Origin: an uncultured virus (IMG/VR IMGVR_UViG_3300044723_007864)
Taxonomy: Duplodnaviria > Heunggongvirae > Uroviricota > Caudoviricetes
IMG/VR virus record: IMGVR_UViG_3300044723_007864
Length of the DNA: 37,915 bases
Direction: 5' to 3' (one strand)
Shown: positions 37,427-37,915 of the stretch, in pieces
Layout: each line of letters begins with the position of its first letter
How positions within the stretch are numbered: position 1 is the first letter of the stretch
Notes under the pieces: generated by a model
Told to the model about the DNA's origin: nothing
The model's database searches: none
What the model saw: only the letters and a program-made list of their open reading frames with translations
Made by a program: the position numbers and the translations under genes

Positions 37427-37455
37427 ATTATAGTGTATATTTATACGAAATGCAA
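37427..37455 (-). promoter_or_regulatory. Nested promoters: sigma70-type TTGCAT-N17-TATAAT with a TATAAATA late box in the spacer
   Basis: -35 box at 37455-37450, -10 box at 37432-37427 (8 nt before ATG 37418), TATAAATA at 37445-37438. Confidence 0.65.
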
Positions 37456-37472
37456 TTGTGTACTCAATATAA

Positions 37473-37913
37473 CTATCGTTTCAACTTGTGAGTGAATTTG
37501 TTTTTATCACATTCGCCTAATCTTGTTTCCCAAGTGCCGTTCCCAATATAGTAATAAACATTATAATCAGCTAGATTCGTGCATATTGCTTGTAGAGCAA
37601 ATTCCTCCATACAACATGGGAAATTAAAAATATCTTGCGTAATTTCCTCATGGTTTTCTAAAAAATTAAGAATACCAGCACATGATTCTCTAGAAAATAC
37701 CACACCTTCATGTGGTGAGCAATCGAGATACAAATTATTTTTTTGTATATGTTGATATAATTTAGTTTTCCTCATGCGTGGCCAATGCCAATAATTCATG
37801 AAATAATTTTTAGATTTGGGCGACCAGCCACCATTACCGTCCCGGGGGAGATTTTTCCCCCTGCCTCTAGGTAAGGGAGTGGTGGTTTTAGTTAATTTCT
37901 TTATTTGATTTAT
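37473..37913 (-). CDS. 3' part of a hypothetical (possibly glycan-related) protein, truncated by window edge
   Basis: The frame stays open from the window end (INQIKKLTKTTTPLPRGRGKNLPRDGNGGWSPKSKNYFMNYWHW...). The ORF-track Met at 37799 is therefore probably internal. Confidence 0.7.
   Translation of the reverse strand: MNQIKKLTKTTTPLPRGRGKNLPRDGNGGWSPKSKNYFMNYWHWPRMRKTKLYQHIQKNNLYLDCSPHEGVVFSRESCAGILNFLENHEEITQDIFNFPCCMEEFALQAICTNLADYNVYYYIGNGTWETRLGECDKNKFTHKLKR
37808..37891. repeat. GC-rich palindromic element flanked by TTTTAG direct repeats
   Basis: Nested inverted repeats CCACCA/TGGTGG, TTACC/GGTAA and GGGGGA/TCCCCC; TTTTAG at 37808-37813 and 37886-37891. Confidence 0.7.
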
Positions 37914-37915
37914 AT

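Noticed and set aside
1..37915. tRNA/rRNA genes, group I introns, inteins, integrases or transposases
   Set aside because: No intergenic gap exceeds about 75 nt and no such motifs were recognised.

Overview
This window is part of a large T4-like (contractile-tailed) bacteriophage genome. It is densely coding in the standard genetic code. From left to right it holds: (1) the end of an unknown gene and a gp44/RFC-type clamp loader; (2) a late virion module of about 24 kb, with baseplate gp25 and gp6, a gp7/P2-gpI-like wedge protein, several very large mosaic structural proteins (PKD-, LamG- and beta-propeller-like domains, and a fibre of about 13 fibronectin-III domains) and a lysozyme-less gp5/VgrG-like spike; (3) a small reverse-oriented membrane-protein gene with its own sigma70 promoter, and a coiled-coil protein; (4) a glycan island of about 10 kb, with seven glycosyltransferase-like genes, a CBM-like protein and an NRS/ER-type NDP-rhamnose epimerase/reductase. 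The most notable signals are a probable late-expressed virion-glycosylation system, leaderless genes with T4-type (T)ATAAATA boxes 5-7 nt before start codons (one box in a hairpin loop), a GC-rich hairpin element inserted in frame between 6-bp direct repeats, a Trp-rich module resembling Opitutae/Verrucomicrobia surface-protein tails, and CCGG over-representation. All family assignments come from motif recognition by eye; no database searches were run.
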